Of a stretch of 64,000 bases of DNA, positions 16,839 to 28,149 are shown piece after piece. Made by a program: the position numbers and the translations under genes. The notes beneath the pieces were generated by a model that was given only the letters and a program-made list of their open reading frames with translations, did not search any database and was not told the DNA's origin. Position 1 is the stretch's first letter. Each line of letters starts with the position of its first letter. Source of the stretch: Coriobacteriales bacterium (GTDB lineage Bacteria > Actinomycetota > Coriobacteriia > Coriobacteriales > QAMH01); contig JBJEHN010000045.1 in NCBI GenBank assembly GCA_051876105.1, positions 13,010-77,009 on the forward strand. Direction: 5' to 3'.

Positions 16839-17309
16839 ATGCCCCGTCGTAATGCTGCAGTCCGCCGCGAGGTTCAGCCGGACGCCGTCTACAACAACCG
16901 CCTCGTCACCCAGCTGATCAACAAGGTCCTGCTGGACGGCAAGAAGTCCACCGCCGAGCGCATCGTCTACGGTGCCTTCGACATCGTCGCCGAGAAGACC
17001 GGTGAGGACGCCCTCTCCGTCTTCAAGAAGGCCATGGAGAACGTCCGCCCCACCGTCGAGGTCAAGCCCAAGCGCGTGGGCGGCGCCACCTACCAGGTGC
17101 CCACCGACGTCAACTCCCGCCGTTCCACCACCCTGGCGATCCGCTGGATGGTCAACTACTCCCGTGCCCGCAAGGAGCGCTCCATGGCCGAGCGCCTCGC
17201 AGCAGAGATCATGGATGCTGCCAACGGCATGGGCGCTTCCGTCAAGAAGCGCGAGGACGTCTTCAAGATGGCCGAGTCCAACCGCGCCTTCTCCCATTAC
17301 CGCTTCTAG
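16839..17309 (+). CDS. rpsG: 30S ribosomal protein S7
   Basis: [15 protein letters not shown]...GGATYQVP. Confidence 0.95.
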   Translation: MPRRNAAVRREVQPDAVYNNRLVTQLINKVLLDGKKSTAERIVYGAFDIVAEKTGEDALSVFKKAMENVRPTVEVKPKRVGGATYQVPTDVNSRRSTTLAIRWMVNYSRARKERSMAERLAAEIMDAANGMGASVKKREDVFKMAESNRAFSHYRF

Positions 17310-17321
17310 GAGTGTTGAGTA

Positions 17322-19436
17322 ATGGCTAAGAAGACCCCGCTTCAGGACACCCGCAACATCGGCATCATGGCCCACATCGATGCCGGCAAGACCACCACTA
17401 CCGAGCGCATCCTCTACTACACCGGCAAGACCCACAAGATCGGTGAGGTCCACGAGGGCGCTGCAACCATGGACTGGATGATTCAGGAGCAGGAGCGCGG
17501 CGTTACCATCACCTCCGCTGCCACCACCTGCTTCTGGAAGTACCCCTCCGGTGCTGAGGACGGCCACGTCTACAAGATCCAGATCATCGACACCCCGGGC
17601 CACGTCGACTTCACCTCTGAGGTCGAGCGCTCCCTGCGCGTCCTCGACGGCACCGTCGCCGTCTTCGACGCCGTTGCAGGCGTGCAGCCCCAGTCCGAGA
17701 CCGTCTGGCGCCAGGCCAAGCGCTACAACGTCCCCACCATCGCCTACATCAACAAGTACGACCGCGTTGGTGCAGACTTCAAGCACGCCATCCAGACCAT
17801 GAAGGACCGCCTGGGCGCCAACGCCGTCGCCGCCCAGCTCCCCATGGGCTCCGAGGACCAGTTCTGGGGCCTCATCGACCTCGTCACCATGGAGGCATGG
17901 GACTTCAAGGCCGATGACAAGGGCATGACCTACCCCGAGCGCATGGACGCCATCCCCGAGGAGTACCAGGCCGAGGCCGAGGAGCTGCACCAGGAGCTGC
18001 TCGACGCCGCCGCTGACTTCGACGAGGAGCTCATGGAGCTCATCCTCATGGAGGAGGAGGTCACCGTCGAGCAGATCAAGGCTGCTCTGCGCAAGGGCGT
18101 CCTCTCCACGGAGCTCAACCTCGTGTACGTCGGCTCCTCCTACAAGAACAAGGGCGTGCAGGAGCTGCTCGACGCCGTCGTCGACTACCTGCCTTCCCCG
18201 CTCGACGTCCCCGCAATCGTGGGCGTCAACCCCGACACGGACGAGGAGGAGACCCGCGAGGCCGACAACAAGGCTCCGTTCTCCGCTCTGGCCTTCAAGA
18301 TCATGACCGACCCCTACGTCGGCAAGCTGACCTACCTGCGCTGCTACTCCGGTCGCCTGGACGCTGGCTCCTACGTCATCAACTCCGTCAACGGCAAGAA
18401 GGAGCGCATCGGCCGCCTGCTGGAGATGCACTCCAACGAGCAGCACGACATCGACTACATCTCCGCTGGTGACATCTGCGCCGCTGTTGGCCTGAAGAAC
18501 ACCACCACTGGCGAGACCCTGTGCGATGAGGACCATCCCATCATCCTCGAGTCCATCGAGTTCGCCGAGCCGGTTATCGACATCGCCGTCGAGCCCAAGA
18601 CCAAGGCCGAGCAGGACAAGATGGGCGTCGCCCTGCAGCGCCTGGCCGAGGAGGATCCGACCTTCCGCGTCCGCACCGACGAGGAGACCGGCCAGACCAT
18701 CATCGCCGGCATGGGCGAGCTCCATCTGGAGATCATCATCGACCGCCTCAAGCGCGAGTTCAAGGTCGACTGCAACACCGGCGCCCCCCGCGTCGCCTAC
18801 CGCGAGAAGCCCGGTCACGAGGTTCTCAACGCACGCGGCCTGTTCAAGCGCCAGACCGGTGGCTCCGGCCAGTACGGCGACGCCATCATCAACATGTACC
18901 CCGGCGAGCCCGGCTCCGGCTTCGTCTTCGAGAACAAGATCGTCGGCGGCGTCATCCCCAAGGAGTACATCCCCAGCGTGGGCAAGGGCATCGAAGAGGC
19001 CCTGGAGACCGGTGTCATCGCCGGCTACCCCACCCTCGACGTCCGCGTCGAGCTGGTCGACGGCTCCTACCACGAGGTCGACTCCTCCGAGGTCGCCTTC
19101 AAGGTTGCCGGCTCCCTGGCTATCAAGGAAGCCCTGCGCAAGTCCGACCCCGTCCTGCTCGAGCCGATGATGGCCGTTGAGGTTGAGACTCCCTCCGAGT
19201 ACTTGGGCAACGTCATGGGCGGCATCAGCTCCCGCCGCGGCATGATCCAGGGCCAGGAGGAGCGCGGCAGCGCCGTTGCCGTCAAGGCCAACGTGCCCCT
19301 GTCCGAGATGTTCGGTTACGCAACCGACCTCCGCTCCAACACGCAGGGTCGCGCATCCTACACCATGCAGTTCGCCCATTACGCACCCGTTCCCAAGAAC
19401 GTGGCCGAAGAGATCATCGCTAAGTCCGCTAAGTAG
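17322..19436 (+). CDS. fusA: Elongation factor G
   Basis: [17 protein letters not shown] and NKYD GTPase motifs. 704 aa. Confidence 0.95.
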   Translation: MAKKTPLQDTRNIGIMAHIDAGKTTTTERILYYTGKTHKIGEVHEGAATMDWMIQEQERGVTITSAATTCFWKYPSGAEDGHVYKIQIIDTPGHVDFTSEVERSLRVLDGTVAVFDAVAGVQPQSETVWRQAKRYNVPTIAYINKYDRVGADFKHAIQTMKDRLGANAVAAQLPMGSEDQFWGLIDLVTMEAWDFKADDKGMTYPERMDAIPEEYQAEAEELHQELLDAAADFDEELMELILMEEEVTVEQIKAALRKGVLSTELNLVYVGSSYKNKGVQELLDAVVDYLPSPLDVPAIVGVNPDTDEEETREADNKAPFSALAFKIMTDPYVGKLTYLRCYSGRLDAGSYVINSVNGKKERIGRLLEMHSNEQHDIDYISAGDICAAVGLKNTTTGETLCDEDHPIILESIEFAEPVIDIAVEPKTKAEQDKMGVALQRLAEEDPTFRVRTDEETGQTIIAGMGELHLEIIIDRLKREFKVDCNTGAPRVAYREKPGHEVLNARGLFKRQTGGSGQYGDAIINMYPGEPGSGFVFENKIVGGVIPKEYIPSVGKGIEEALETGVIAGYPTLDVRVELVDGSYHEVDSSEVAFKVAGSLAIKEALRKSDPVLLEPMMAVEVETPSEYLGNVMGGISSRRGMIQGQEERGSAVAVKANVPLSEMFGYATDLRSNTQGRASYTMQFAHYAPVPKNVAEEIIAKSAK

Positions 19437-19466
19437 CACGGGCTTTGAGTTTAGGAAGGAATTACG

Positions 19467-19775
19467 ATGCCTAATCAGAAGATTCGCATCCGCCTGAAGG
19501 GCTACGATCACGAGATCGTGGATCAGTCCACCAAGCTGATCGTGGACACTGCCCAGAAGACCGGCGCCCGTGTCAGCGGTCCCATCCCCCTGCCCACCGA
19601 GCGCAACCTCTACACCGTCATCCGCTCCCCGCACGTCAACAAGGACAGCCGCGAGCAGTTCGAGATGCGCACCCACAAGCGCCTGATCGACATCCTGGAC
19701 CCCACGCCCAACACCGTGGACTCCCTGATGCGCCTCGACCTCCCCGCCGGCGTCGACATCGAGATCAAGCTCTAA
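19467..19775 (+). CDS. rpsJ: 30S ribosomal protein S10
   Basis: [11 protein letters not shown]...[14 protein letters not shown]. Confidence 0.95.
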   Translation: MPNQKIRIRLKGYDHEIVDQSTKLIVDTAQKTGARVSGPIPLPTERNLYTVIRSPHVNKDSREQFEMRTHKRLIDILDPTPNTVDSLMRLDLPAGVDIEIKL

Positions 19776-19815
19776 GCTGATCAGCGCACACAAAGCGGAC
19801 TGAGAAGGGACCCCT

Positions 19816-19848
19816 CGCCGGGGTCCCTTTCCTTTCCCCTGGCAAAGA
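19816..19848 (+). terminator. Rho-independent terminator directly after rpsJ
   Basis: GGGACCCC-TCGCC-GGGGTCCC followed by TTTCCTTTCCCC. Confidence 0.6.
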
Positions 19849-19880
19849 TACGCCCGGGAGCGTGTTTTTTCGAAAAGGGG

Positions 19881-20102
19881 TTCACAAACCGGATTCGAGC
19901 CGTTATCCTAGACAGGCTGCGCCTTCGCGGGCGTAGCGTGTCGTGTGCCCAAAAGCATCTCACGCCAACTGGGCATGCGGCGACTGTAAGACAGCGCCCC
20001 GGAGCACATGCACTGCAGGCAAAGGGGAGAGCTACAAGGCTGCGATCCACTACACGAAGCCACCGGCTTCCTCTGCACGATCGCCTGAGAGTTAGGTTGA
20101 AA
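19881..20102 (+). promoter_or_regulatory. Candidate promoter (TTCACA-17-TATCCT at 19881-19909) plus about 190-nt structured leader of the rplC operon
   Basis: Hexamers with a 17-nt spacer. The leader contains hairpins GCTGCGCC/GGCGTAGC, TGCCCA/TGGGCA and GAAGCC-ACC-GGCTTC. Confidence 0.35.
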
Positions 20103-20723
20103 ATGGTCAACACTATTCTTGGCCACAAGCTGGGCATGACCCAGGTCTGGGGAGAGGATGACAACATCGTCCCCGTGACCGTCATCCAGGCTGGCCCCTG
20201 CGTCGTCGCGCAGGTCAAGACCACCGCGACCGATGGCTACGAGGCCGTCCAGATCGGTTTCGGCGACATCAAGGAGCATCGCGTCAACAAGCCTATGAAG
20301 GGCCACTTCGCCAAGGCTGGCATCGCTCCCATGCGCTATCTGCGCGAGGTCCGCGTCGAGGATGCTTCCCAGCACTCCTGCGGCGAGGTCATCACCGTCG
20401 AGGCTTTTGCTGACACCCAGAAGGTCGACGTCATCGGCGTCTCCAAGGGCAAGGGCTTCGCTGGCGTCATCAAGCGCCATCACTTCGCTGGCGGCCCGGG
20501 CGGCCATGGTTCCCACTTCCATCGCGCTCCCGGTTCTGTTGGCATGTGCGCCTACCCCTCCCGCATTCTCAAGGGTATGCGCATGGCTGGTCACATGGGC
20601 TGCGACCGCGTGACTGTCAGGAACCTGGCAGTCGTCCGCGTCGACGCCGACCAGAACCTCATTCTCGTTAAGGGCGCCGTCCCCGGCGGCAAGGGTGCCC
20701 TCGTCCAGGTTCGTATGGCCTAA
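20103..20723 (+). CDS. rplC: 50S ribosomal protein L3
   Basis: [19 protein letters not shown] 20103 chosen where homology begins. Confidence 0.93.
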   Translation: MVNTILGHKLGMTQVWGEDDNIVPVTVIQAGPCVVAQVKTTATDGYEAVQIGFGDIKEHRVNKPMKGHFAKAGIAPMRYLREVRVEDASQHSCGEVITVEAFADTQKVDVIGVSKGKGFAGVIKRHHFAGGPGGHGSHFHRAPGSVGMCAYPSRILKGMRMAGHMGCDRVTVRNLAVVRVDADQNLILVKGAVPGGKGALVQVRMA

Positions 20724-20737
20724 GGGAGGAGACAAAG

Positions 20738-21361
20738 ATGGCAGATATCAAGATCTTCGATCCCGCAGGCAAGGACGTCGAGACCGTGGCTGCAAACGAT
20801 ACCGTCTTCGGCATCGAGCCCAACATCTATGTTATGCACGAGGTCGTTAAGTCCCAGATGGCCGCTCTGCGCCAGGGCACTGCTAACACCAAGACCCGTG
20901 GTCAGGTCAGCGGCGGCGGCCGCAAGCCCTTCCGCCAGAAGGGCACCGGCAACGCCCGCCAAGGTACCATCCGCGCTCCTCACTACGCAGGTGGCGGCGT
21001 GGTCTTCGGCCCCCACACCCGTTCCTACGCATACCGCGTGAACAACAAGGTCGTCAAGTTGGCCATGCGCTCCGCTCTCTCTGCCAAGCTGGCAGACGGC
21101 GAGCTGACCGTGGTCAACGAGTTCGGCTTCGAGAAGCCCTCCACCAAGGCTGCCAAGGCCGCCCTGGAGGCCCTCAACATCAAGGGCCGCACCACCATCG
21201 TTGTGGACGACGACGACTTCGAGTCCTTCCTGTCCTTCCGCAACCTTGAGAACGTCCTGATCATCGGCGCTACCGAGTCCAACTGCTACGACCTGCTCGA
21301 CAACGCCAACCTGGTCCTGACCAAGGCTGCCCTGACCTATCTCGAGGAGGTGCTCGCATAA
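20738..21361 (+). CDS. rplD: 50S ribosomal protein L4
   Basis: [18 protein letters not shown]. Confidence 0.95.
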   Translation: MADIKIFDPAGKDVETVAANDTVFGIEPNIYVMHEVVKSQMAALRQGTANTKTRGQVSGGGRKPFRQKGTGNARQGTIRAPHYAGGGVVFGPHTRSYAYRVNNKVVKLAMRSALSAKLADGELTVVNEFGFEKPSTKAAKAALEALNIKGRTTIVVDDDDFESFLSFRNLENVLIIGATESNCYDLLDNANLVLTKAALTYLEEVLA

Positions 21362-21648
21362 TGAACGCACGTGAGATCATCATCCGCCCGATCATCACCG
21401 AGCGCGCTTTCGACATGCAGGAAGTCAACCGCTACACCTTCGAGGTTGACAAGCGCGCCTCCAAGATCGAGATTTCCGAGGCTATCGAGGAGCTCTTCGA
21501 CGTCAAGGTGCTCAAGGTGAACACCTCCAACGTCAAGTCCAAGCCCAAGCGCGTCCGCTACGTTGCCGGCCGCACCCGCACTTGGAAGAAGGCCGTCGTC
21601 ACCCTGGCAGAGGGCGACAGCATCGAGCTCTTCGCCAACCAGGCTTAA
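21361..21648 (+). CDS. rplW: 50S ribosomal protein L23
   Basis: TAATG overlap with rpl[10 protein letters not shown]...FEVDKRASK. Confidence 0.95.
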   Translation: MNAREIIIRPIITERAFDMQEVNRYTFEVDKRASKIEISEAIEELFDVKVLKVNTSNVKSKPKRVRYVAGRTRTWKKAVVTLAEGDSIELFANQA

Positions 21649-21811
21649 GTTCAGTTTCAAACCCCCGCGGTGCAGCGGGGGTCCAACTGGCTCTGTGCGC
21701 TCCAAATAGGAAACGCTCGGGGCCGTGGTAGTCCGGGGTCAGGGCCGCTGGAGGTTGCACACCCTCCGTTCCCAGGCGGTGTTGCTGGCAAACGGACGAA
21801 AGGAGAATCTA

Positions 21812-22642
21812 ATGGGAGTCAAACAGTACAAGCCGACTTCTCCTGGTCGCCGTCATCAGACGGTCTCTGACTTCGCAGAGATCACGACCAACAAGCCCGA
21901 GAAGTCTCTTCTGGAGCCCTTGCCCAAGAAGGCAGGCCGCAACAACTACGGTCGCATCACCTGCCGTCACCAGGGCGGTGGCCATAAGCGCAAGTATCGC
22001 AAGATCGACTTCAAGCGCAACAAGGACGGCGTGCCCGCCAAGGTCGCAACCATCGAGTACGACCCCAACCGCTCCGCACGCATCGCCCTGCTGCACTATG
22101 CAGACGGCTCCAAGGCCTACATCCTGCATCCCAAGGGCCTGAAGGTCGGCGACAAGGTCGAGTCCGGCCCCAACGCAGACATCAAGCCCGGCAACGCCCT
22201 GCCCCTGGCCAACATCCCCGTGGGTACCCTGATCCACGCCGTTGAGTTCCAGCCCGGCAAGGGTGCCGCCATGGCCCGCTCCGCCGGCACCAGCATCCAG
22301 CTGATGGGCAAGGAGGGCGGCTACGCCATCCTCCGCATGCCCTCCTCCGAGATGCGCCGCGTGCTCCTCACCTGCCGCGCTACCGTCGGCGAGGTCGGCA
22401 ACGCCGAGCATGCCAACATCACCATCGGCAAGGCAGGCCGCAAGCGCTGGATGGGCGTCCGTCCCACCGTCCGCGGTACCGTCATGAACCCCGTCGACCA
22501 TCCCCATGGTGGTGGCGAGGGCAAGAACAAGTCCGCAGGCCGTCATCCTGTCACTCCGTGGGGCATCCCCACCAAGGGCCATCGCACCCGTGACAAGAAG
22601 AAGTACAGCCAGCGCCTGATCATCCGCCGCCGCAAGAAGTAG
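21812..22642 (+). CDS. rplB: 50S ribosomal protein L2
   Basis: [14 protein letters not shown]...[19 protein letters not shown] before ATG 21812. Confidence 0.95.
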   Translation: MGVKQYKPTSPGRRHQTVSDFAEITTNKPEKSLLEPLPKKAGRNNYGRITCRHQGGGHKRKYRKIDFKRNKDGVPAKVATIEYDPNRSARIALLHYADGSKAYILHPKGLKVGDKVESGPNADIKPGNALPLANIPVGTLIHAVEFQPGKGAAMARSAGTSIQLMGKEGGYAILRMPSSEMRRVLLTCRATVGEVGNAEHANITIGKAGRKRWMGVRPTVRGTVMNPVDHPHGGGEGKNKSAGRHPVTPWGIPTKGHRTRDKKKYSQRLIIRRRKK

Positions 22643-22662
22643 CTTGAAGGAGGAATAACACT

Positions 22663-22923
22663 ATGAGCCGCAGTCTCAAGAAGGGCCCCTTCGTGGAGCC
22701 GCGCCTCCTCGAGCGCATCATCAAGATGAACGAGGCAGGCGAGAAGAACGTGGTGAAGACCTGGAGCCGTTCCTCCACGATCTTCCCCGAGATGGTGGGC
22801 CACACCATCGCCGTGCATGACGGCCGCCGTCATGTCCCCGTGTACGTCACCGAGTCCATGGTCGGGCACAAGCTGGGCGAGTTCGCCCCCACCCGCACCT
22901 TCAAGGGCCACAAGGTTAAGTAG
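22663..22923 (+). CDS. rpsS: 30S ribosomal protein S19
   Basis: [11 protein letters not shown]...HDGRRHVPV. Confidence 0.95.
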   Translation: MSRSLKKGPFVEPRLLERIIKMNEAGEKNVVKTWSRSSTIFPEMVGHTIAVHDGRRHVPVYVTESMVGHKLGEFAPTRTFKGHKVK

Positions 22924-22937
22924 GAGAGGAGAGCACA

Positions 22938-23276
22938 ATGGAAGCAAAGGCAATCGCCCGTTACGTGCGCGTCTCTCCCCGCAAGGCCCGCATCGTAATC
23001 GACCAGGTTCGCGGTAAGGACGTCATCGCCGCCCAGGAGATCCTCGCGTTCAACGAGCGCGCAATCGCCGAGGTCGTGGCTAAGGTCGTCAACTCCGCAG
23101 CCGCCAACGCACAGGACCGCTTCGGTCTCCGCCCCGAGAGCCTTGTGATCAAGGCCGCTTACGTGGACGAGGGCCCCACCATGAAGCGCTTCCGTCCCCG
23201 TGCAAAGGGTGCAGCTAGCAAGATCCGCAAGCGCACCAGCCACATCACCGTCATCGTCGCACCGAAGGAGGCGTAA
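22938..23276 (+). CDS. rplV: 50S ribosomal protein L22
   Basis: [20 protein letters not shown]. Confidence 0.95.
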   Translation: MEAKAIARYVRVSPRKARIVIDQVRGKDVIAAQEILAFNERAIAEVVAKVVNSAAANAQDRFGLRPESLVIKAAYVDEGPTMKRFRPRAKGAASKIRKRTSHITVIVAPKEA

Positions 23277-23279
23277 AGC

Positions 23280-23984
23280 ATGGGTCAGAAGGTTCTGCCT
23301 ACCGGTTTCCGCCTCGGTATTACCGAGAACTGGCGCAGCCGCTGGTACGCTGACAAGGATTATGCAGCTACCCTCAAGAACGACATGGAGCTGCGCAACT
23401 TCGCTGAGAAGAAGCTGGCAGGCGCTGCGCTCTCCAAGGTCGAGATCGAGCGCGCTGGCGACAAGGTCAAGGTCATCCTGACCACCGCCCGCCCCGGCAT
23501 CGTCATCGGCAAGAAGGGCGCCGAGGTCGACAACCTCCGCAAGGAGCTCGAGACCATCGCCGGCGGCAAGGTCGCCGTCGAGGTCGTCGAGGTCAAGCGC
23601 CCCGAGCTTGACGCCAACCTGGTCGCCCAGTCTATCGCCGACCAGCTGGAGGGCCGCGTCGCCTTCCGTCGCGCAATGCGCAAGGCCGTTCAGTCCGCCC
23701 GCAAGTCCGGCGCCAAGGGTATCCGTATCCAGTGCTCCGGCCGCCTGGGTGGCGCTGAGATGAGCCGCCGCGAGTGGTACCGCGAGGGTCGCGTGCCCCT
23801 GCATACCCTCCGCGCCCAGATCGACTATGGTTTCGCAACCGCACACACCACCATGGGCTCTTGCGGCATCAAGGTGTGGGTCTACTACGGTGAGGTTCTG
23901 CCTGGTCAGAAGCCTTCCAACCCCGCACTCGAGGGTGTCTCCAACCAGCGCCGTGGCCGCGGTCGCCGCGAGGGGAGGAACTAA
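23280..23984 (+). CDS. rpsC: 30S ribosomal protein S3
   Basis: [14 protein letters not shown]...KH domain...[10 protein letters not shown]. Confidence 0.95.
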   Translation: MGQKVLPTGFRLGITENWRSRWYADKDYAATLKNDMELRNFAEKKLAGAALSKVEIERAGDKVKVILTTARPGIVIGKKGAEVDNLRKELETIAGGKVAVEVVEVKRPELDANLVAQSIADQLEGRVAFRRAMRKAVQSARKSGAKGIRIQCSGRLGGAEMSRREWYREGRVPLHTLRAQIDYGFATAHTTMGSCGIKVWVYYGEVLPGQKPSNPALEGVSNQRRGRGRREGRN

Positions 23985-23987
23985 ACA

Positions 23988-24413
23988 ATGCTGATGCCTA
24001 AGCGCGTTAAGCACCGCAAGGTGCAGCGTGGCTCCATGAAGGGCCATGCAAAGGGTGGCACCACCCTGAACTACGGCTTCTGCGGTATCCAGGCCCTCGA
24101 GGCACACTGGATCACCAACCGCCAGATCGAGGCTGCCCGTATCGCCATGACCCGCTACATGAAGCGCGGTGGCAAGGTGTACATCAACATCTTCCCGGAC
24201 AAGCCCATCACCAAGAAGCCTGCCGAGACCCGCATGGGCTCCGGCAAGGGCAACCCCGAGGAGTGGGTGGCTGTCGTCAAGCCGGGCCGCATCATGTTCG
24301 AGATCGACGGCGTGGCCCCCGAGATCGCACGCGAGGCAATGCGTCTGGCCATCCAGAAGCTGCCCATCAAGTGCAAGATGGTCTTCCGCGAGACCGAGAA
24401 GGAAGGTGAGTAA
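23988..24413 (+). CDS. rplP: 50S ribosomal protein L16
   Basis: [15 protein letters not shown]...RMGSGKG. Confidence 0.95.
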   Translation: MLMPKRVKHRKVQRGSMKGHAKGGTTLNYGFCGIQALEAHWITNRQIEAARIAMTRYMKRGGKVYINIFPDKPITKKPAETRMGSGKGNPEEWVAVVKPGRIMFEIDGVAPEIAREAMRLAIQKLPIKCKMVFRETEKEGE

Positions 24414-24416
24414 AGA

Positions 24417-24617
24417 ATGAAGGCTGCCGAACTGCGTGAGCTCAGCACTGCTGACCTGAACGTCAAGCTCGAGGAGGCTCGTTCCGAGCTCTTCAACCTC
24501 CGCTTCCAGATGGCCACCAGCCAGCTGGAGAACACGGCCCGCATCAAGACCGTGAAGAAGGACATTGCCCGCATTCTCACCGAGCTTCGCGCTCGCGAGA
24601 TCGCCGCTGAGAAGTAA
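24417..24617 (+). CDS. rpmC: 50S ribosomal protein L29
   Basis: [27 protein letters not shown]. Confidence 0.93.
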   Translation: MKAAELRELSTADLNVKLEEARSELFNLRFQMATSQLENTARIKTVKKDIARILTELRAREIAAEK

Positions 24618-24627
24618 GGAGTACACG

Positions 24628-24888
24628 ATGAGCGAAGAGCGCGGTCGTCGTAAGGTCCGCCAGGGCGTTGTCGTCTCTGCGGCCAATGACAAAACCATCG
24701 TCGTGCAGGTCAAGGAGCGCAAGCCGCACCGGGTCTACAAGAAGATGATGACCACCACCAAGAAGTTCCACGCCCATGACGAGGGCAACATCGCTGGTGT
24801 GGGCGACACCGTCCGCATCCAGGAGACCCGCCCCCTGTCCAAGATGAAGCGCTGGCGCCTTGTCGAGATCGTCGAGAAGGCCAAGTAA
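24628..24888 (+). CDS. rpsQ: 30S ribosomal protein S17
   Basis: [19 protein letters not shown]...[16 protein letters not shown]. Confidence 0.93.
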   Translation: MSEERGRRKVRQGVVVSAANDKTIVVQVKERKPHRVYKKMMTTTKKFHAHDEGNIAGVGDTVRIQETRPLSKMKRWRLVEIVEKAK

Positions 24889-24917
24889 AAACCTGCTAAC
24901 CAGAAAGGTATGTTTCG

Positions 24918-25286
24918 ATGATTCAGATGCAAAGCATGCTGGCTGTCGCCGACAACTCTGGTGCGCGCAAGGTTCAGTGCATCAAGGTTCTGGGTGGCTC
25001 CAAGCGCCGCTATGCCGGTCTCGGCGACGTGATCGTCTGCAGCGTCAAGGAAGCCGCTCCCAACGGCCAGGTCAAGAAGGGCGATGTCGTTCGCTGCGTC
25101 ATCGTCCGCGTTAAGAAGGAAGTCCGCCGCAAGGACGGCTCCTACATCAAGTTCGACCAGAACGCCGCTGTTCTGGTGAACGCAGACGGCTCCCCCCGCG
25201 GCACCCGTATTTTCGGGCCCGTCGCTCGCGAGCTGCGCGACAAGAAGTTCATGAAGATCGTCTCCCTCGCCCCCGAGACGCTGTAA
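24918..25286 (+). CDS. rplN: 50S ribosomal protein L14
   Basis: [18 protein letters not shown]. Confidence 0.95.
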   Translation: MIQMQSMLAVADNSGARKVQCIKVLGGSKRRYAGLGDVIVCSVKEAAPNGQVKKGDVVRCVIVRVKKEVRRKDGSYIKFDQNAAVLVNADGSPRGTRIFGPVARELRDKKFMKIVSLAPETL

Positions 25287-25299
25287 GGAGGTATGAGAG

Positions 25300-25614
25300 A
25301 TGGCTATGAAGATCAAGACCGGTGACAAGGTCAAGGTTCTCTGCGGCAAGGACAAGGGCACCGAGGCCGAGGTTATCGCAGCGTTCCCCCGCGAGCGCAA
25401 GGTCAAGGTCCAGGGCGTGGCTGTTGTGAAGAAGCACTGCAAGCCCACCCAGGCAAACCCCAACGGTGGCATCATCGAGAAGGAGGCCAAGATCGACGTG
25501 TCCAACGTCATGCTGATCTGCCCCAACTGCGGTCTGCCCACCCGCGTCAAGTCCGACCGCTCCACCGGCAAGCGCGTCCGCGTTTGCAAGAAGTGCGGTA
25601 AGAACATCGACTAA
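25300..25614 (+). CDS. rplX: 50S ribosomal protein L24
   Basis: KIKTGDKVKVLCGKDKG, KOW motif. Confidence 0.93.
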   Translation: MAMKIKTGDKVKVLCGKDKGTEAEVIAAFPRERKVKVQGVAVVKKHCKPTQANPNGGIIEKEAKIDVSNVMLICPNCGLPTRVKSDRSTGKRVRVCKKCGKNID

Positions 25615-25755
25615 CAGGGTGCGCGCCACTGGCGCACACCCGCTGCTGCGGGGGCCGCATGCCCCCGCAGCGCATGTGTACTGACAGGCCCCAGGGCACC
25701 CTGCCCCGGGGGGTGAGGTTGGAACCCCACCTTAAATCTCGTAAGGAGTAAAGAA

Positions 25756-26304
25756 ATGGCACCTCGTCTTCAGGAGAAGTACAAGAACGAGATCGCCCCT
25801 GCCCTCAAGGAGCAGCTCGGCATCGAGAACGTCAACTGCGTCCCCAAGCTGACCAAGATCGTGGTCAACATGGGCGTTGGTGAGGCCGCAACCGACAGCA
25901 AGGCCATCGACGCCGCTGTCAACGACCTGCGCATCATCACCGGCCAGCAGCCCATGATCTGCCGCGCCAAGAAGTCCATCGCGAGCTTCAAGCTGCGTGC
26001 CGGCATGCCCATCGGCTGCAAGGTCACCCTGCGTGGCGAGCGTATGTACGAGTTCTTCGACCGCCTGCTGGCCACTGCGATCCCCCGCATCCGCGACTTC
26101 CGCGGCCTGTCCGCCACCTCCTTCGACGGCAACGGCAACTACTCCATGGGCGTCTCCGAGCAGCTGATCTTCCCGGAGATCGACTACGACAAGGTCGACA
26201 AGACCCGCGGCATGGACATCACCTTCGTGACCACCGCCACCACCGACGAGCACTGCAAGGCACTGCTCGACGCATTCGGCTTCCCCTTCAAGCGCACCAA
26301 GTAA
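25756..26304 (+). CDS. rplE: 50S ribosomal protein L5
   Basis: [14 protein letters not shown]...NMGVGEA. Confidence 0.95.
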   Translation: MAPRLQEKYKNEIAPALKEQLGIENVNCVPKLTKIVVNMGVGEAATDSKAIDAAVNDLRIITGQQPMICRAKKSIASFKLRAGMPIGCKVTLRGERMYEFFDRLLATAIPRIRDFRGLSATSFDGNGNYSMGVSEQLIFPEIDYDKVDKTRGMDITFVTTATTDEHCKALLDAFGFPFKRTK

Positions 26305-26350
26305 GCGCGCCTCAAAAGGAGCAGCCGCCTTCCCGGCAGGGGAGGCTGTG

Positions 26351-26398
26351 AAAGTGGACCGTGAGTAAAATTCACGGTCCACTTTCTTGTGTTTTGTG
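26351..26398 (+). terminator. Strong rho-independent terminator between rplE and rpsZ
   Basis: GTGGACCGTGA-GTAAAAT-TCACGGTCCAC followed by TTTCTTGTGTTTTGTG, flanked by AAA on the 5' side. Confidence 0.7.
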
Positions 26399-26449
26399 AG
26401 AGAATATACAACTGTCCCGTTTTATGTGTTCTATTTAGGAGGCATTGCA

Positions 26450-26635
26450 TTGGCAAAGAAATCGATGATCGCCAAGGCCAAGCGCGAGCCCAAGTACAGC
26501 ACTCGCAGCTACACTCGCTGCAACCGCTGCGGTCGACCCCATTCCGTCTACCGCAAGTTCGGTCTGTGCCGTGTTTGTCTTCGTGAGATGGCCCTCAGAG
26601 GCGAGCTTCCCGGTGTCCGCAAAGCCAGCTGGTAG
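26450..26635 (+). CDS. rpsZ: 30S ribosomal protein S14 type Z (zinc-binding, 61 aa, TTG start)
   Basis: [32 protein letters not shown] 6 nt before TTG 26450. Confidence 0.9.
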   Translation: MAKKSMIAKAKREPKYSTRSYTRCNRCGRPHSVYRKFGLCRVCLREMALRGELPGVRKASW

Positions 26636-26752
26636 GATCAAGTCTTTCCAGACAGGCCCAGCGTAGAGCCGGGCTGCCCCGAGAAGGCGCGGCCGCTACG
26701 GGCGGCAGCGAACCACTCAGACGCAGTCATCAATGAACTATAGGAGGAATCA

Positions 26753-27151
26753 ATGAGCGTCACCGATCCCATCGCAGACATGCTTACGCGCATCCGTAAC
26801 GCAAATGCTGCGAGCCATCAGACGGTTTCCATGCCGTCTTCCAAGAAGCTCGTGGAGATTGCCCGCATCCTCAAGGAGGAGGGCTACATCACCGAGTATG
26901 AGGTCATCGAGAAGGCACCTCAGAACGAGCTGAACATCACCCTCAAGTACGGTCCCAAGAAGTCCAAGGTCATCAAGGGCATCCGCCGCATCTCCAAGCC
27001 CGGCCTGCGCATCTACGCCGGCCGCGACGAGCTGCCCCGCGTCCTCGGCGGCCTGGGTACCGCTATCATCTCCACCTCCAAGGGTGTCATGACCGACCGC
27101 GACGCACGCCTTGCCGGCGTCGGCGGCGAGGTCCTGGCATACGTCTGGTAA
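26753..27151 (+). CDS. rpsH: 30S ribosomal protein S8
   Basis: [13 protein letters not shown]. Confidence 0.95.
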   Translation: MSVTDPIADMLTRIRNANAASHQTVSMPSSKKLVEIARILKEEGYITEYEVIEKAPQNELNITLKYGPKKSKVIKGIRRISKPGLRIYAGRDELPRVLGGLGTAIISTSKGVMTDRDARLAGVGGEVLAYVW

Positions 27152-27177
27152 TCGGTTAACGGAAAGGAGCAAGTTAC

Positions 27178-27717
27178 ATGTCTCGTATCGGTAAACTGCC
27201 CGTCTCCGTTCCTGCCGGAGTCGAGGTTTCCATCAACGGCAACGAGGTGACTGTCAAGGGCCCCAAGGGCGAGCTCACCCGTAGCTTCTACAGCGCTCTC
27301 ACCATCGAGCAGGCCGAGGACGGCTCCATCGTCGTCACCCGCCCTGATGACGAGCGCGACTCCCGTGCACAGCACGGCCTGACCCGCACCCTGATCAACA
27401 ACATGGTCGTCGGTGTCTCCGAGGGCTACTCCAAGACCCTCGAGCTCGTCGGCGTCGGCTACCGCGCCGCCATCAAGGGCGACAAGCTCGAGATGAACCT
27501 CGGCTTCTCCCACCCCGTGATCATCGAGAAGCCCGAGGGCATCACGTTCGAGTGCCCCGACCAGGCAAAGATCGTTGTCTCCGGTATCGACAAGCAGCAG
27601 GTCGGCCAGGTTGCAGCAGATATCCGCAAGTGGCGCAAGCCCGAGCCTTACAAGGGCAAGGGTATCCGCTACCAGGGCGAGCATATCCGCCGCAAGGAAG
27701 GCAAGACCGCTAAGTAG
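27178..27717 (+). CDS. rplF: 50S ribosomal protein L6
   Basis: [17 protein letters not shown]. Confidence 0.95.
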   Translation: MSRIGKLPVSVPAGVEVSINGNEVTVKGPKGELTRSFYSALTIEQAEDGSIVVTRPDDERDSRAQHGLTRTLINNMVVGVSEGYSKTLELVGVGYRAAIKGDKLEMNLGFSHPVIIEKPEGITFECPDQAKIVVSGIDKQQVGQVAADIRKWRKPEPYKGKGIRYQGEHIRRKEGKTAK

Positions 27718-27764
27718 TTACCGCCGGTCTTTGTACCGGGTGATTTCAAGGAGTGTAAGAACTT

Positions 27765-28133
27765 ATGGATAAGCAGAAGCTTAAGAGGGAGGGCCTGGCT
27801 CGTCGCCAGCGTCGCGTCCGCGGCAAGATCTCCGGCACTGCCGAGCGTCCCCGCCTGCGCGTGACCCGCTCTAACACCAACATCTACGCTCAGGTCATCG
27901 ACGATGTCACCGCTACCACCCTGGTCAGCGCTTCTTCCATCGATGCCGAGTTCAAGGCCACCGGCAAGTCCGGCGGCAACATCGAGGGTGCCGCCGAGGT
28001 GGGCAAGCTCGTCGCCGAGCGTGCTCTCAAGGCTGGCATCGACACCATCGTGTTCGACCGTGGCGGCCGCCTGTACCATGGCCGCGTCAAGGCACTCGCG
28101 GAAGGCGCCCGCGAGGCAGGCCTGAAGTTCTAG
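27765..28133 (+). CDS. rplR: 50S ribosomal protein L18
   Basis: [20 protein letters not shown]...[16 protein letters not shown]. Confidence 0.95.
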   Translation: MDKQKLKREGLARRQRRVRGKISGTAERPRLRVTRSNTNIYAQVIDDVTATTLVSASSIDAEFKATGKSGGNIEGAAEVGKLVAERALKAGIDTIVFDRGGRLYHGRVKALAEGAREAGLKF

Positions 28134-28149
28134 GAAGGGGATTGTCAGA

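Noticed and set aside
16761-19793. 1010-aa ORF antisense to rpsG/fusA/rpsJ
   Set aside because: It lies opposite unmistakable conserved genes. The translation is low-complexity (G/A/V/D/L-rich) with no motifs. Long stop-free antisense frames are expected at this GC content.
22830-24722. 630-aa ORF antisense to rplV-rpsQ (similar antisense ORFs at 9587-11611 over cstA and 56408-58318 over sbp/cysT)
   Set aside because: It overlaps several short, highly conserved genes on the other strand, which is implausible for a real gene. It is a GC-driven open frame.
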